From NCBI GenBank assembly GCA_030704615.1, contig CM060732.1, positions 78,120,001-78,184,000 of the forward strand: a stretch of 64,000 nt of DNA. Direction: 5' to 3'. Numbering within the stretch: the stretch's first letter is position 1; each line of letters begins with the position of its first letter. The notes under the pieces were generated by a model. It was not told the DNA's origin and ran no database searches. It saw nothing but the letters and a program-made list of their open reading frames with translations. Position numbers and translations under genes: made by a program. The stretch is from Takakia lepidozioides. Taxonomy: Eukaryota > Plantae > Bryophyta. Positions 38,469 to 52,251 of this stretch are shown here, piece after piece.

Positions 38469-39445
38469 GTTTGTACTCGTGGGGTGAATATAAAAAATCA
38501 CTTATGAGTCAATCAAACAATTTATCTTCTCACTGAATCAAATTCACATAATTTGCAGCACTCAAAATAAAATATAGATCAATTGAAAATGTAGGATTCT
38601 TAACATTCTTAATTCACAAATAATTATCATAAAGCTAACATAAGGGTATACATCCGGGTCCCGAAATTCTGCCACATCAGGTTATGTATTTGGATAATAC
38701 CCCATGGGTATTTCAGAGTAATAAACTCACCGGCTAACTCCTACAACTTTTTTTTGTTTTTTTTTTTTTTGTTTGAAAGGGAAACACCTGGGAGCGACAG
38801 CTCACAAATCCTGAGGAGTCAATGAAAACTGAGCAGGGAATAAAACAATACAGAATGTGAGAAAGATTTAAAGATATGAGGAATGAGGAAGGCTGGAAAC
38901 TGCCTTGTACATAACTTTACTAGGTAGTCATTGGTCCATGTTGTTGAGGGAAATGACAATGAAGGATGGTGGTTATGCACCCTCAAAGGCAAATACAAAG
39001 AAAAGAAGAAGAAGAAGAAGAAGAAGAGTGCAAAGACTAAGTAAAAGTGAAGTGAAGTGCATGTAGTGAGCTACATTGGTGTTTGGCAGCTTCATGTGGG
39101 CAGGAGACGGTAACGGTTCCAAGGCTTCCCAAGAAGACCCATCTGTTCGTTTGCCATCATTTGGAGGTTTTCCCACACGATTCTTGTTGGAGATTTGAGC
39201 ACTTACCTTCAAGAAAGCAGCAATAAGAGGGGATCTGATGTAATTGTCTCCCAAGAACCAAGAAGCTGAGAAAGAGACAGAGGACAGGACAGTTAGAACA
39301 AAGAAAGACGTTGTTGGGGACATCTTCTCGCAGCTCACAGTTTGAGCAAACTCTCGCCTTATTGACGACCTCCCACAGGGAGTGTACAAATGTCCAGCTG
39401 AATTTTAGCTAGAAACAGTGGGGGGGACAGAGAGTGTTCACTGCA

Positions 39446-42400
39446 ATGAAGGAGCCGAGGAGATTGAGATCATGGGTTGGTGGATGGGACGTAATCTTTG
39501 GGGTGTTGATAGTACAGCTGACAGTAGTGAGTATGGCTATGGGAACCCAGACTGAGAAACAGGTATCATCGGCTGTGTATATTGTGCGCTTGAAGGGGCC
39601 CCCGGTTACTGCCTATGAGGGTTCTGTGGAAGGTCTTGCTGCAACGGCTCAGAAGGAAGGGGGGAAATTACTCCAGAGTTCCAGGTCTCTTCGCAAATAC
39701 CCAACCTCAGACTGCAAACTCTGATCTCAGCCTCTTGTGGCCTTCATATTTTACTTCTTCTTCTTCTTCTCTCGGTAAGCTGATCTTCAAAGAGCTTCCC
39801 ACACGGGATCGACGTTACAAAGTTCCTTTCTTTCTTTCTCTCCGGGCTTGTTTTGCTAGAATTATTGCTCGAGACTGTGCTTTACCTCGTGCGACACTTC
39901 GAGAAACGTGGTGGTTTCTTATATACGCAAACACTTCCACGACTTGGTTTTCTCGTCTTTGTAGTACAGTGGCCTCCAACGAACGTAACCAATTGCTTTC
40001 TGCTTTTGTTATCCCTCTCTTGTGTCATGTAATCATAGACACGATATGTACATCTATCTCTTCTCTCACTCAGGACTTCCACAGTAAATGAGAGCATGAT
40101 GAAAATAAAGGCGTCTAGCTCAAGAGAATTTCGATCCCTGTGTCACCTTGACTTAAGTAGTCTGGCACTGTCTGTGGTGTCTGTGAAGGCAAGCAGTGGA
40201 AGCATATGCGGACTACTTGAGGCAAGCTCACGACAGCGTGTTGGAAGAAGTGATGGAGATAGGCAGCTATGAGAAGCTCTACAGCTACACTGTTGTCCTC
40301 AATGGCTTCGCGGTCAAACTGATCAATTGCGCTAAGCAGGTTTTATCAAACCCACCTTGTTCAAATCTGCCCCTGCCAGTCTACAAAGACCTCTATGCTG
40401 TGAACAATTGGTAAAAATGTGCTCAAAACTGAAGTGCTCAAAACTGAAGATCTTGGCTTCAGTATTGCATTGGGAAGCACTTGCAAATGGTTCTGGCCAA
40501 GTTGAAAAGCCAGGGGTGCTTAAAATCATTGACGCCGGTATCAGCTGAGGGATAAATTGTTGACCAACCCTTAAGTACAGGGCCCAGATGGATAAGACCT
40601 TTTTTTGCTCGTAATGTCTACCTAAAGCTGTGACAAATGATGCAGGCAGAACTACTGGATGCGCACCCACTAGTGATATCAACTGAGCCAGACACACTTT
40701 TTCAAAAGGAAACAACCCACACCCCTAATTTCTTAGGCCTTCCTGCTGGGCCATGGGCGATAAATGGGGGACCTGAATATGCTGGAGAGGGTATTGTGAT
40801 TGGAATGCTTGACACAGGCATTGATCCAACACATCCAAGCTTTACGAAAGAGACTTGGAATCGGCCCTACGGTCCATTGCAGAAATGGAAGGGAGAGTGT
40901 GTTGTCTCAGAGACATTTCCTCTGGGTTCATGCAATGGAAAGATTATTGGTGCACAGTATTTTGACAAAGGGATCATTGCAGCCAACCTGTTCAATGCAA
41001 CCTATGACTTTGACTCAGCTCTGGATGGAGATGGACATGGCACGTAAGTGAAGACAGAACCTCAACTACTCTGTTTTTTAGCCACATATCTTCTGAGAGG
41101 TCACGCAGACAAACCTCAGATAGCCTTTATTTTTTGGACATGCAAAGAGATGTAGTGCTGGCTAATCACACCATGTGAATCAATCAATGATTTGGGTCTT
41201 TTGGCTTTAATTCATGAGGAACAGGCACACAAGCTCAATTGCAGCTGGGAGCAGCAGGATCCCTGTGATTGTCAAGGGATACAACTATGGCCATGCAAGT
41301 GGGATGGCTCCTCGAGCTAGGTAAACATCCAGAACCTGCCTCTACAGGTCAGTCAATTGACTGGGAGTTTAGCATCCTCAGACGGTTTCCTTATACCTTT
41401 GCTTCCCTCCCCAACCTACTCCTAGGATGACATTCTAGCCATAACAAATATTCTCGCCAACTTTGTAGAAACTGTAAAGATTGACGACAAATACCAGGAA
41501 ACAGGACAGGACCTGTAGAAAGGAAAGAGACAGGCCTTGAAAATGAGTTCGCCTTTTCAGTAGCAGATCTCCTAGGTTCTCCAATGCCTTTCAACTACTG
41601 GTACCTGAGCTTGCTCCTTCAATACCCAGAAAGCTGTCTCATGTGAATATTCCGTACAGGGTAGGCATACAGACTATGATGTGGACTGCAACTAGCTGCG
41701 AAAATTCAGAAAGCATGAACGGGGGGAGGGAGGGGGTGCAGGATAGCAGTATACAAAGTGGTCTTCCGTGATGGTGGCTTCCTCTCTGATGTGCTTGCTG
41801 GCATTGATAAGGTCACTACCCCCTTACCCTCCTTCTCTATTGCACCCTTTTTCTTGCTCTCTGTAGGTCAGTGGCCAGCCACAGAAGCTGTGTACACGTA
41901 TATAGCTAGTTTGTTTGTTTGTTTCTCCCTCCCAGCTCTTCAAGCATCTTTGTCTGTATGATCAGTCACTGCATATGATTGGCCAGTGTTTTCAATCTTC
42001 GTGGCCATCTTCTCTTTCTCCTTCTTTGCCCCAGCATGGCATATTAGTCCATCACTCCTCCAACTGAGGAACTACGAACTCATCAATAAGATCCTCATCC
42101 GTGTAGGCAGTACAAGATGGAGTGGACATTCTCAGCATCTCACTGGGTTCAATCAGCAGCGGTACGGGTGTGCCCTGTCTCAATACCTTCGACGTGGCGC
42201 TTCTCTTTGCCGTCAAGGCAGGCATTACAGTTGTGCACGCAGCTGGAAACAATGGGCCATATCCACAGACTATGAAGTCGTTTGGGCCCTGGATTATTTC
42301 AGTTGCGGCAGGTCTCAATGATAGGTCGTATCCAAACTCCATTATTCTGAGAGACAACGAACAATTTCCAGGATCTGGGCTTTCAGGTGTGCATCCTCTC

Positions 42401-44893
42401 TTTCTCTCATTGTCACACACCCAGATATATCCTGTATCCCAGCTTACAAAGGACCTCATCTACAAAATTATGAATTTCTAGGGGATGTCATTTGCATCGT
42501 TTTTTGGCTTCTTGATTCCTGGAAGATCAATCTGTTCGCATCCGTGGCCAGAGAATTCAGGGATGCTAGTTCCACCTTCTTCTCTGTCTTGACTCCCGCC
42601 TCCCTTTCCCACTCAGGCGTTATGTCTGCTCCAACATCAGTCAGGCTCCTTGCAAACCAAGACAACTAATTCTCTCTCTCCCTCTCCGTGTGTTGCTGAA
42701 TTGCAGTCGGAACTCCAGGAGAAGTGTGGCATCCTCTTATCTATTCAGAAGATGCATTCAGTGATTCTACCACCAGTCTCGATTTCGAGTACTTTTCTTA
42801 TTGTCAGGATTCCAGTCCCTTCAATGCAACATTGATCAAAAACAAAATTTTGATTTGCAACTACATTGACTATGGATCGGGTGACTCTATAAACCAGTTT
42901 CAAAACGCTATTGCGACAGCTATGAACATGAGCGCTGCTGGTCTTCTCATTATGAGCAAAGCTTCGGAGGTGAATTTGAAGGAGAAGCCAATAATTCTGG
43001 ATCCATTTCCCTTCCCACTTCCTGGGGTTTTTGTTTCAGATTCCAACGTTTCCAGAGTGAGTTTAACTTCCATTCAGCTAAACATATTTGAAGTCAACGC
43101 TCAACCAAGAGTTTCACTGGTTCTTCGCAGAGGGGGAAGGGAAAGAAAGACAAAAACTTTATAACGTCCATGGGAAGTTCTACGAACGAACTTATGGGAC
43201 ATAGAGTAAATAAGAAACTGGGGCCCTCAACAGGAGAGAAAGAGAAACAGCGAGCCTGCCCAGTGGGACAGGACAAGAGATTGTTGTAAAGTCCTTCGTG
43301 TTTGACAGTATCTTGTTATAATGCACAGAGTATTCTTCGATACTACTATTCAAGGGCGAAAAGAGACAACACGGGCAAGATAACTGAGTTTGGAGCTCGC
43401 GTGAGGTTGAATGATTCTCGACAAGCTTCTTTTGTGACAGAAGCCCCACAAGTCGCACTTTTCTCATCAAGGGGACCAGTCTATGCGAATACCATCAATA
43501 TGGTAATGGCAGACTTGTTGAAGCCCGATCTAGTGGCTCCAGGAAACCAGATATGGGGTGCCTGGACACCTACCGGCATTGATGCCACAGGATATAGTGG
43601 TAGGTAAACTCCTCTCCTCCTCCCATTCCGTAGAGTAGATCAGTGTGTCTGCGTGCCTCCACATCCCATGTCTTGCCCCATAAGCTCTTTTGGCCTGATG
43701 GGCACTTTACAAAGCCCTTCTTTCTTCCTGGTTGGTGGCTGGTTGTCGGAGGCCCCACTTTTCTTCTTGTCTGCTTTCCTTTGCCCCATAGTTTTCTTGA
43801 GCTTCCCTTTTCCCCGGAATCGAAACGAATTCTGTACAATACATACTCCTGAAATAGCTTCGCTGGCTCCAGAACTGGTCTTTCACTCTGTTTGCTGTAA
43901 ATCTTGTACCGTCGCAGAAGCCACAGTGTATTTGTGTACTACGTATATGTGTTGCATGCGCAGGGGAAAGTTTTGCGATGCTGTCAGGAACAAGCATGGC
44001 CACCCCTCACATTGCCGGCATTGTCGCCCTCCTCCAACAACAGCATCCACATTGGAGCCCTGCTGCTATCCAGTCTGCCCTTCTAACCACGGCAAGCCCA
44101 TTTGACTCCTGGCACGCACCCATCCTTGCAGAGCAACCTTCGCAAAATCCCGCATCAACGATGTTGGGATCTGCCTCACCATTTGATCTTGGAAGCGGGG
44201 CAGTCAATGCCACTGCTGCCTTCAATCCAGGGCTGGTGTTTGAAAGAAGTAAGTCTTTCTCTGGCCCAGTGGAAGAGAGAGAGAGAATTTGAAGGGAGCG
44301 TGGGAGGAGAAGAGGACTCATGGTCTAGCTTTCAGCTTAGAGCAAAGTCACGAGGTAGGATATACACGAGAGAACGAGGGCATCTGGTAATTAGTGAAAA
44401 CCCTCTCTGCCTGCATTGACATTGGATGCATGGATCAATGCCAGGTTTCCAAGACTATGTCAACTTCCTCTGCACTCTTCCCGGCCTTGACGCAAACACA
44501 GTGGAGGATGCCACCGGTGTCTCATGCCAAGTACCCGTCGGCGAGAGAGCATCTAACCTGAACATGCCATCAATCACCGTGGCAAATCTGATAGGGACAC
44601 GAGTAGTAAACCGAACAGTAACCAGCTATTACAGTGAGGACGAATCATACGCAGTAATCATAAACCCACCTTCAGGAGTTGATGTTATGGTGGAGCCCGG
44701 CACATTCACCATCAGCTCACAAGAGGCTGTGACTCTCACTGTAACTTTGCGGGCTGTAGCTAACAACCAGGCTTTTACTTTTGGGTCTCTAGCTTTGGTG
44801 GGAAGCAAAGGGCATGTTGTGCGCATGCCTCTTTCGGTATCTGCAAACTCAGACGTAGATATTCATGAACAAGAGAGGGAGCATGCTCACTAG
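39446..44893 (+). CDS. Subtilisin-like serine protease, SBT2 subfamily
   Basis: Exons 39446-39684, 40189-40339, 40646-41043, 41225-41320, 41742-41811, 42107-42386, 42707-43056, 43329-43599, 43964-44248, 44445-44893. Signal peptide, I9 prodomain (YIVRL, LYSY..NGFAV), TTHTP maturation site, triad DTG / HGTH / [10 protein letters not shown] and Fn3-like domains. Confidence 0.94.
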
Positions 44894-46450
44894 ACCTTGA
44901 CAGCTTGGTGCGATGCTTCATAAAGAAAGAGAGATCTGGGTGTACAATCCTTTTTGAAGTTAAGACTTCACTTGAAACAAACTGTCTACATCTTCCACAA
45001 GTCATTAGATGGAAGGCAGGCATGATGATTGTGCATTGACCACAACTCCAACTCTGATCCCTTTGGAATTGAGTGCAAAGGTGTCTCATTCCATCCCTCC
45101 CAAATTACCCTGCAACTGCAAAATATATGTTGTCACAACCACTCCTACCTCTCCTGTTTCTGTCAACAAACCAGCATACTTAAGGTGACTATCCAGATGC
45201 AAGCATCTGCACCTCTCTTTTCCGCGCATTGGGATGTTCAAGGTGGGCTCACATAGACTGAGGATGAGACTGGCAGATGGGATATCTAAGCTGCAGCGTC
45301 CCGAACAGTACATTTGTCCTGCTCGCCCCATACTATGTGCATTAATGGAGGGAAAATACAAGCACAAGGAGCATGAAGGTCTTACACAAGCTTCCAGGAC
45401 GGGTAAACAGTGAAGAGGTTCAGTTCCGCTCACAGGTTCCCCGGAATTGAGAACCCTGGCCCCAGATATTTTGTTAAACGAATGGCTGAGTAAGGCAAGT
45501 TCTGCCAATGCCTTGGGAACATCTGGAATGTGACATTCCATCCTATTCCTGGGGCATTGAGGAATATGTGAAATGGGATTTTCTGGACAGGACGGTACTC
45601 AAATTTGCAAATAAAATCTTCAGCTAGAGATTGTACTCATAAGACGTTGTTTGCCGTAGCCTTGTGGCCTCTTCAGCTAGAGAGTATGCATTTGAGAGTA
45701 TGGTAATAGTGTTTCCATTATAACAGCCTGGGACATACAATGGCATAACCAGATAGACTGAGCAGCAGTTCATGAACAAGCCATTCTAGACGAGGGAAGA
45801 ATCTCTAATGTCCAGAAGGCATATCCTACGATATCACTTGACTAGCTAAGTTGAGGCAGAGCAAATAGCTTAAGTAATGCTTGACCTTACAAATGGGATG
45901 CTGGTGGCTGTGGAACCTGACATTGGAGTCCCACACTCACAAAATGCACCAATTCTAAGTGTTTCTTCAGAAGGTGAAATCCCCCAGTGAAACGACAATT
46001 TTATTTCTATTCCTGCCCAAATAGAACAGAGCACATGACTTCCCACAATGCCATCCCTTCCTATCATTCAAGCGAAGGAAAGTGTGACCAAATGCAAGGA
46101 CTTCCCAACCAAGAAGCTAGACACACAGCACGGCCTCTCTTTGCGAGCTCATTAACATAGAAGACTATTTGACAAGAAGGTATCTTGTGGGCCGCTGTAA
46201 AGAACTTCCCTTAACACCTCATTTGATGTACACCCTCCAGACTCCCACAGAGATTTGGGCCAATTGCCCATTCGCGCTATCTGCAAGTAAATCACTTCAT
46301 ACTGCATAGCAGCCTGACTGGTTCCGTGTGATGATACTAGGGCAGAATCCTGCACATTGCTACATTCATATACATGTTGTTACTCATGAGTGTGTGTGCC
46401 GGTGTTAGTGAGGGAGAGAAGAGCTCTCACAAGGGTGACAGTCCACTGAT

Positions 46451-47348
46451 TCATGACTTTGAAACTTGTGACTGCGTATTGCTACTTTCAGCATTGCTTG
46501 TAGGTGGTGCAGCACATGCCTTCAAAACAGCTTCCACCTGCCACATTGCCAAGAACCACAGCACTTACCCCTTGAAAGCAAGAATGCTAGGGTTTAGGGT
46601 TTAGGGCAAAGTTTGCAAGACATAGGATGCTAGAATCCATTCTCTGTCTTGCGAAAGTACCCCAAAAATAAGTGGGAATGTTTAGGCTAAAGGAGCGGGA
46701 TCATTATGAGATATTCGCTGTACTCACTCTACCTTCAAATCCACCTCTGCATCCTCTGTGTCCTGTTTTCTACTCAAACTCCAGGATAAAGCAACGGCCA
46801 ATGCAGGATGGTCGGTCCCAGTAGTGTTCATATGCACCACCTTCATACGTTTGAGACCAGATCAAGAAAACATCAACCTCAAACTGACAACCAACTGGTT
46901 TTAGCCCGCGGTGGGTTACGCTGATTTCGCACGATGAATTGTCAAACAACCAAAGAGTTACTTAGCGAGACCGCGGCAAGGCTGCGGCATCTGAATGGTG
47001 AAATGAGTACATTCACACCCATAACACGAACGCCAGAAACTGGACGACGAAGACAAGTTGGCATAAATGACTTCGCTGCTAAGGAAAACACTTTTAAGTA
47101 CAAAAATACCCACCAACCCTGCATGCAATGACTGTCTCTTAAGGACAAGGTGATTATGAGTGATTTCATAGCACCACTCGACGGAGACGACGGGAGGCGG
47201 TGGAGAGATGGATGGCTACCTGCTGCAAACGACGGTGCCGCCGCTTGGCATTGGCGCGGCGTGTGTGATTCATGGGCCAGTTCTTCCACACCAGCCCACC
47301 TGACTGCTTGATTACCACCTCCATCACCTTAGTCGCCGCAAATCCCAT
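46451..47348 (-). CDS. Mitochondrial ribosomal protein mL60 (MRPL31-like), 71 aa
   Basis: Exons 47348-47220 and 46537-46451 give MGFAATKVMEVVIKQSGGLVWKNWPMNHTRRANAKRRHRRLQQVEAVLKACAAPP..., resembling the GGLLWK.PWRM...R.RLR.VD.V motif of yeast MrpL31. A GA-repeat lies in the 5' leader. Confidence 0.7.
46588..46606 (-). promoter_or_regulatory. Telo-box / interstitial telomeric motif in the mL60 intron
   Basis: TAGGGTTTAGGGTTTAGGG, i.e. AAACCCTA repeats on the gene strand. Telo-boxes are typical of plant ribosomal-protein genes. Confidence 0.5.
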
Positions 47349-47679
47349 CTCTCCACTCTCTCTCTCTCTCTCTCCCTCTCAATGTGGGTCTTTTTCCCTT
47401 CTTCCTGAATTCTGTGCTGCAGTCAGGAAAGGGAAGGAAGTCGTGTGTGTGTGCTTCTCCAACGCACTGGGTCCTTTCCAATACTGGTCCTCTCCTGCGT
47501 AGGATCGTACACCCTCCAGAATACCACTGTATATACTACTAGCCTAGGAGTATATACTAGCCTAAAACCTTTGGGTCCTCTTGTATACAGAGGACCCAAC
47601 TTCAGCTCCCTAACCTGCATCTAACAAATAAATAGTAATTTTGTGATAATTTAATATTATCAAATCAGCGATCATGATC

Positions 47680-48100
47680 TTTTTTTCTTTTTTTTTCCCA
47701 GAACAGGGGGATTGTAGCCTTGAAAATTTTATTAATGTGGGGTAAGGAAAAAATAACCTTACAATAGCCATGAGGCAGAAAAGAGAGGTTCCACTCCAAA
47801 CCAACAGCCCTAAGGGAGACGGAAGAAAAGCAGGCACTGGTGCTGCACCACCCAAGCAAGCCTGCATCACTATGATACTACAAGCTCCAGAGTAGAACCA
47901 AATGTCTACCACAACAGAGCCAGCCAAAAGGAAATGAGAAGAAAAAATGAGGTGACCTCAAGATGATTCTAAGTCCAAGAGCCAACCTGCAGAGAGACCA
48001 AGTCTAGGCAGAGGGAAAATCTAAGATCCTAACACCTAGGATTTACATATTGCCTCGTTTCCTTTTGGGGGCCTCAAAGGACAGTTGAGCCTTAGATTTC
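47680..48100 (-). mobile_element. 5'-truncated LINE 3' end related to the L1 at 1600-8337
   Basis: Minus strand ATTAATAAAATT..CAAGGCT..CCCCTGTTC plus an A-tail matches the L1 3' end at ~8279-8310. The far boundary is approximate. Confidence 0.5.
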
Positions 48101-48316
48101 CCCTAATATCTACTTGGATACCGAAAATAGTATTAAGCAAACAAATCCTAGTTTCTCCAACAAAAAAATTAGCAATATATTTTTATGCTCTCATGCTTAT
48201 TCAAAACTATCTATGAAACAAATTATTTGATATTTATATTTATTGCCAAAGAAAGGTGAAACCCCAACAGATCAAAGCAACTTATATTTAAAGCAAAAAT
48301 CTCCAAAAACTAACAT

Positions 48317-48920
48317 TCAAAAAACTACTAAAAATTTACATTCATTGAAAAATACAAAGAAAATATAAACGATTCTCCTATGTTTGTTTGTGTATGTTGC
48401 CACCTGCATGGCCAAAAAATAAAATTGAAAATTTGTATTCTTCACAATTATGATCTCGAAAAAGCACAAGAGGTATATATCCTTCACTTGGAGCGATTGC
48501 ATAAGTATTGTGTTCATGATCAAAAATTTGTTTCGCATCAAGAAAATTTTCTATGAACGTGTCTGTAAGAGTATTTTCATATGTTTCTTCAAAACAATCG
48601 TTAAAATTTTGGTCATCAACATCGTCTACGATTGTTTGGAAATCCTTAGACAATTCAAAATATCTTTCTAATTTCTTCTTATCGATACACTAGCAAGTTG
48701 ATATAATGGAGTTCCACATAAATCATGCAATGTTTTTCATAACCATGTTTGGCCGGACGTACCCTAACATGTATGGTGAATAATATTCTCTCTTTTTTTC
48801 AACATTGATGTTATTTATTCATCTTGAGGAAGACGTGGTAAGACAAATTGGATTTTATCAATATTTGTTGGGACATTAATAATGGTACCACGAATGCCAA
48901 ATTGACCAAATCCATACAGT
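48317..48920 (-). pseudogene. Helitron Rep N-terminal region (DUF6570-like) fragment
   Basis: GQFGIRGTIINVP.....LPR, Y.PYMLGYVRP, TPLY and IAPSEGYIPLVLFRD..EEYKF..LF.G. Stops and frameshifts are present. Confidence 0.65.
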
Positions 48921-50259
48921 TGTGACTGGAGCAGGAATGGATCCTGCCCATTTTCCGCCGTTAGGCCCGTCTGGACCGGAGACGAGGGCTTCTAGAACTG
49001 AGCGCCGTCTTTGCACAGCTGGAGTTGCAAATGTTGGAGGTACCTATTCTTTAGGAACGTCTTTCCGGTATAAGGGCTCTTCTTATGGCTATGGCGAAAA
49101 GAAATTTCTCAGTAGAAACGTTTGGTAAGTTTATTGACAGGTATCGTCTGAATATGGGTTGCCGAGACTCCCCATTTACGAAGACTTTTTCTAATAGAAA
49201 GCCGACGCCAACTGACTTGGACTTTAGTTGCATTTGTCCCAGAAGCTCTCACCTTCTGCCGAAGTAATTTACCCCTCCAAACAACTTTGAAAAACTTTTC
49301 TACGGGCTGTCATTCCCCGCCAGTGCTGCTGGATCTTCAAAGCCACAATTCTTAGCAGTAAAAAGTGCTTTATGGAACTGGTGCATTTTTTACCATGCCT
49401 GCAGTCTTCTCTGTGGACTAGCATAAGTTTGAGTTGATTCCTCTGAAACCATCATCGATAGTGGGCTCGAATAACCACTGTCGCATTCTTCTCTTGCCAA
49501 TGAACAATACGAAGGGCTCAACGTACCAGCCACCCTCTGACAACCCCCTAAAATGTTGTGACTGCAATTTTGCGACTTGTGAACAAATTACGTTCTTGTA
49601 ATAGAGGATGACTTGACATCAGATATATACATAATGCTGCAATGACTGACCCCTCAATGCACCAGTCATGGCTCAAATTGACTGTGTGGTTTGACTATCT
49701 ATGTGTCCGAATGGCATGAAAGCTTCCACAAAAGTTTCTAGAGACTTCTTTCACTTGTTAAGTTTGACATGGGATTAGGGCCTGGACAACGTTAAAGTAC
49801 ACCAGTTTTCTGAGCAGATGTACGCAACATAAATGATGACATCTATTGCTGCCATCTGTGTCATCTCCCTATCTCCTGCTAAATCTTTTGTTAGCTATGC
49901 ACATTCAGGGTGTCATTAGCAGTCTGGAACCAAAGCCATTATAGGGTACTTATACCATCCCAACCTAAAAAAATACATGTGTTAATCTCACCCTGGTGAT
50001 GTTTTGACTTCCCCAATTATATGCTCCGAAACTGATCCCAGGAGATCCCCTCAACATACATGCAACTTCGTCAAAAAAATAGTTTAGTTAACGATTTTTG
50101 TTTTCAAAGCAGCATGCCAAAAAAGGGCAGATAATTGAGGAACATCTAGAGATATAGTTAAGAGTTGAAGAGGATGAACCTCTTCCAACTTTAATTAATC
50201 AACCCTGAGAAATTGACAGTGCCACTTGCAGCTTAGATGTTACTCTTTAGGTTAGGCAA

Positions 50260-51300
50260 ACAAATTTTAAATGGCATACTTGTCTAGGACCTATCAGCGG
50301 GTATGTAGACATACTGGCAAAGTTTAAAAAAAAGATAAAATCATTTGGATGACAAACGGTTGGTTCCACCTTTGAATCGATTATGAATGATCCCATACTT
50401 GTCCAGGACTTGTTAGAGGGTATGTAGAACATACTGGCAAAGTTTAAAAAGAGGATAAAATCATTTGGAGGGCAAACGGTTGGTTCCACCTTTGAATCGA
50501 TTTTGATTGATCCCATACTTGTCCATGACTTGTCAGAGGGTATGTATAACACTTTCCAAGTTTGAATATAAGAAGATAAAATCATTTGAATGTGGAACGT
50601 TGCGGTCCACATTTGAAGCAATTTTGATATGGCCCATACTTATCCAGGATCTATGAGAGGGTATGCAGAATATACTGGCCAAGTTTGAAAAGAAGATAAA
50701 ATCGTTAGAATGAAGAACGGATGGTTCCAACTTTGAATCAATTTCCATTGATCCCATACTTGTCTAGGACCTGTCAGAGGGTATGTAGAACATACTGGCA
50801 AAGTTTGAAAAGAAGATAAAATCATTTAAATGGGAAATGGTTAGTTCCATCTTTCAATCAATTTTGATTGAGTCCATACTTATCCAAGACTTGTTAGAGG
50901 GTATGTAGAACATATTTGTCAAGTTTGATAACAAGATAAAATCATTTGGGTGGGCATCAATTTGTTCACCCTTTGAATCAATTTTAATTGATCGCATACT
51001 TGTGCAAGACCCGTCGGAGGGTATGTAGAACATATTGGCCAAGTTTGAAAAGAAGAAAAACCGTTTAAATGAAGATTGGTTCGTTCCACCTGTGAATCAG
51101 TTTGTTTGATCTCATATTTGTCCATAATCTGTCAAAGTTTAAAAAGAACATACCAGCAAAGTTTGAAAAGAAAATAAAAGCATTTAAATAGGGAACGTTT
51201 TGTTCCATCATTTAATTAATTTTGATTTATGTCATATTTATACAACATATGTCAGATGGTATGTAGAGCATACTGGAAAAGTTTGAAAACAAGCATGAAG
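50260..51300. repeat. Tandem repeat array, ~120-bp unit, ~9 copies
   Basis: CATACTTGTCCAGGAC...AGAGGGTATGTAGAACATACTGGCAAAGTTT...GATAAAATCATTT recurs near 50275, 50394, 50514, 50635, 50755, 50875, 50995, 51113, 51232. Confidence 0.92.
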
Positions 51301-51842
51301 GAAAGAGGGAGGCAAGAGGAGAATGAATTGAAGATTTGGTTCTTAACTGATATGCAGCTGATGGCCATTTCATGTTGGTGGTGGCTGATACAAAATTCAC
51401 AATATGGCAGTCTCGGAGGACCTAATGTTATTGGCATGGGAATAGCAAAAAGATTTGTACAGGCAACAACATCATCAAGCACCTTACAATAAATAAATTT
51501 GTTGAGATTGTTTTTTAGAGTTCCAAACGAAAAAGCACTCCAACTAGAGAGATCCCATTAGAGTAATACATTTTACCACAAGTGATTTGACGTGCTTGTA
51601 AACGTGGTTCAAATTTTGATATGTTGTCATAATATCGTGTACATGTAATTGTAAGGTCTTGATAATGATAATGGTAAGATAATACTAATTATAAGTCTTA
51701 TAAATCTTATAGTAAAACTTATAAATCTCATAGATCTTATAGTAAAACTACAAGATCTCATAATATTACTAAGAAACCAAGAAGAAATCGACATTTGTCA
51801 GATACATATAGGACATCTATTTTTTCTTATACTAATGATACC

Positions 51843-52251
51843 TATTGGAGGTAGCTTCAATACACTGTAACATCAACCAAGTTTTGACTTGGTACACGCA
51901 TCCATAATACACGTAGCTCATATGCATAAGGCTTCTTTGCATTAATGGAAATTAGGAACGACGTCCTTATAGTCCTAAGGCTAGGACAGGCTAACATTCC
52001 CTGTCAGGCTACAGAGGTACTTCTTGCTCTACTCTCAGGCGACAGAGTACTAGCTCAGATAGTAAGATGAGAGTATTGTTCCTCTATATGTACTTCCTGC
52101 CCGTTGGGCGGGAAGGTGATTACATGATTAGAGATTATGTTGTCTCTTGGTTTTGAACTAGCAAGTTGGCCCATCGACGTGGAACACTAGGGGCATGGCA
52201 CTCTATCTTGTACCTAGCTAAGTAAGTGGCAATGATAGTTTTCTTCTTACA
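51843..52251 (-). repeat. 3' LTR of Copia element
   Basis: Direct repeat of 56851-57263, with termini TG...TA on the element strand. Confidence 0.95.

Larger units (their letters stand above)
47557..51300 (-). mobile_element. Helitron-like element remnant (3' terminus at 47557, far end undefined)
   Basis: On the minus strand a palindrome at 47571-47599 is followed 10 nt later by CTAG|T. Internally there is a Rep-associated coding remnant and a tandem array. Confidence 0.55.

Noticed and set aside
19561-44893. Symbiosis or defence gene cluster (LysM-RLK, subtilase, PEBP)
   Set aside because: The kinase is LYK3-type and the subtilase is SBT2-type rather than the known symbiotic clades. Adjacency alone is not evidence of a shared function.
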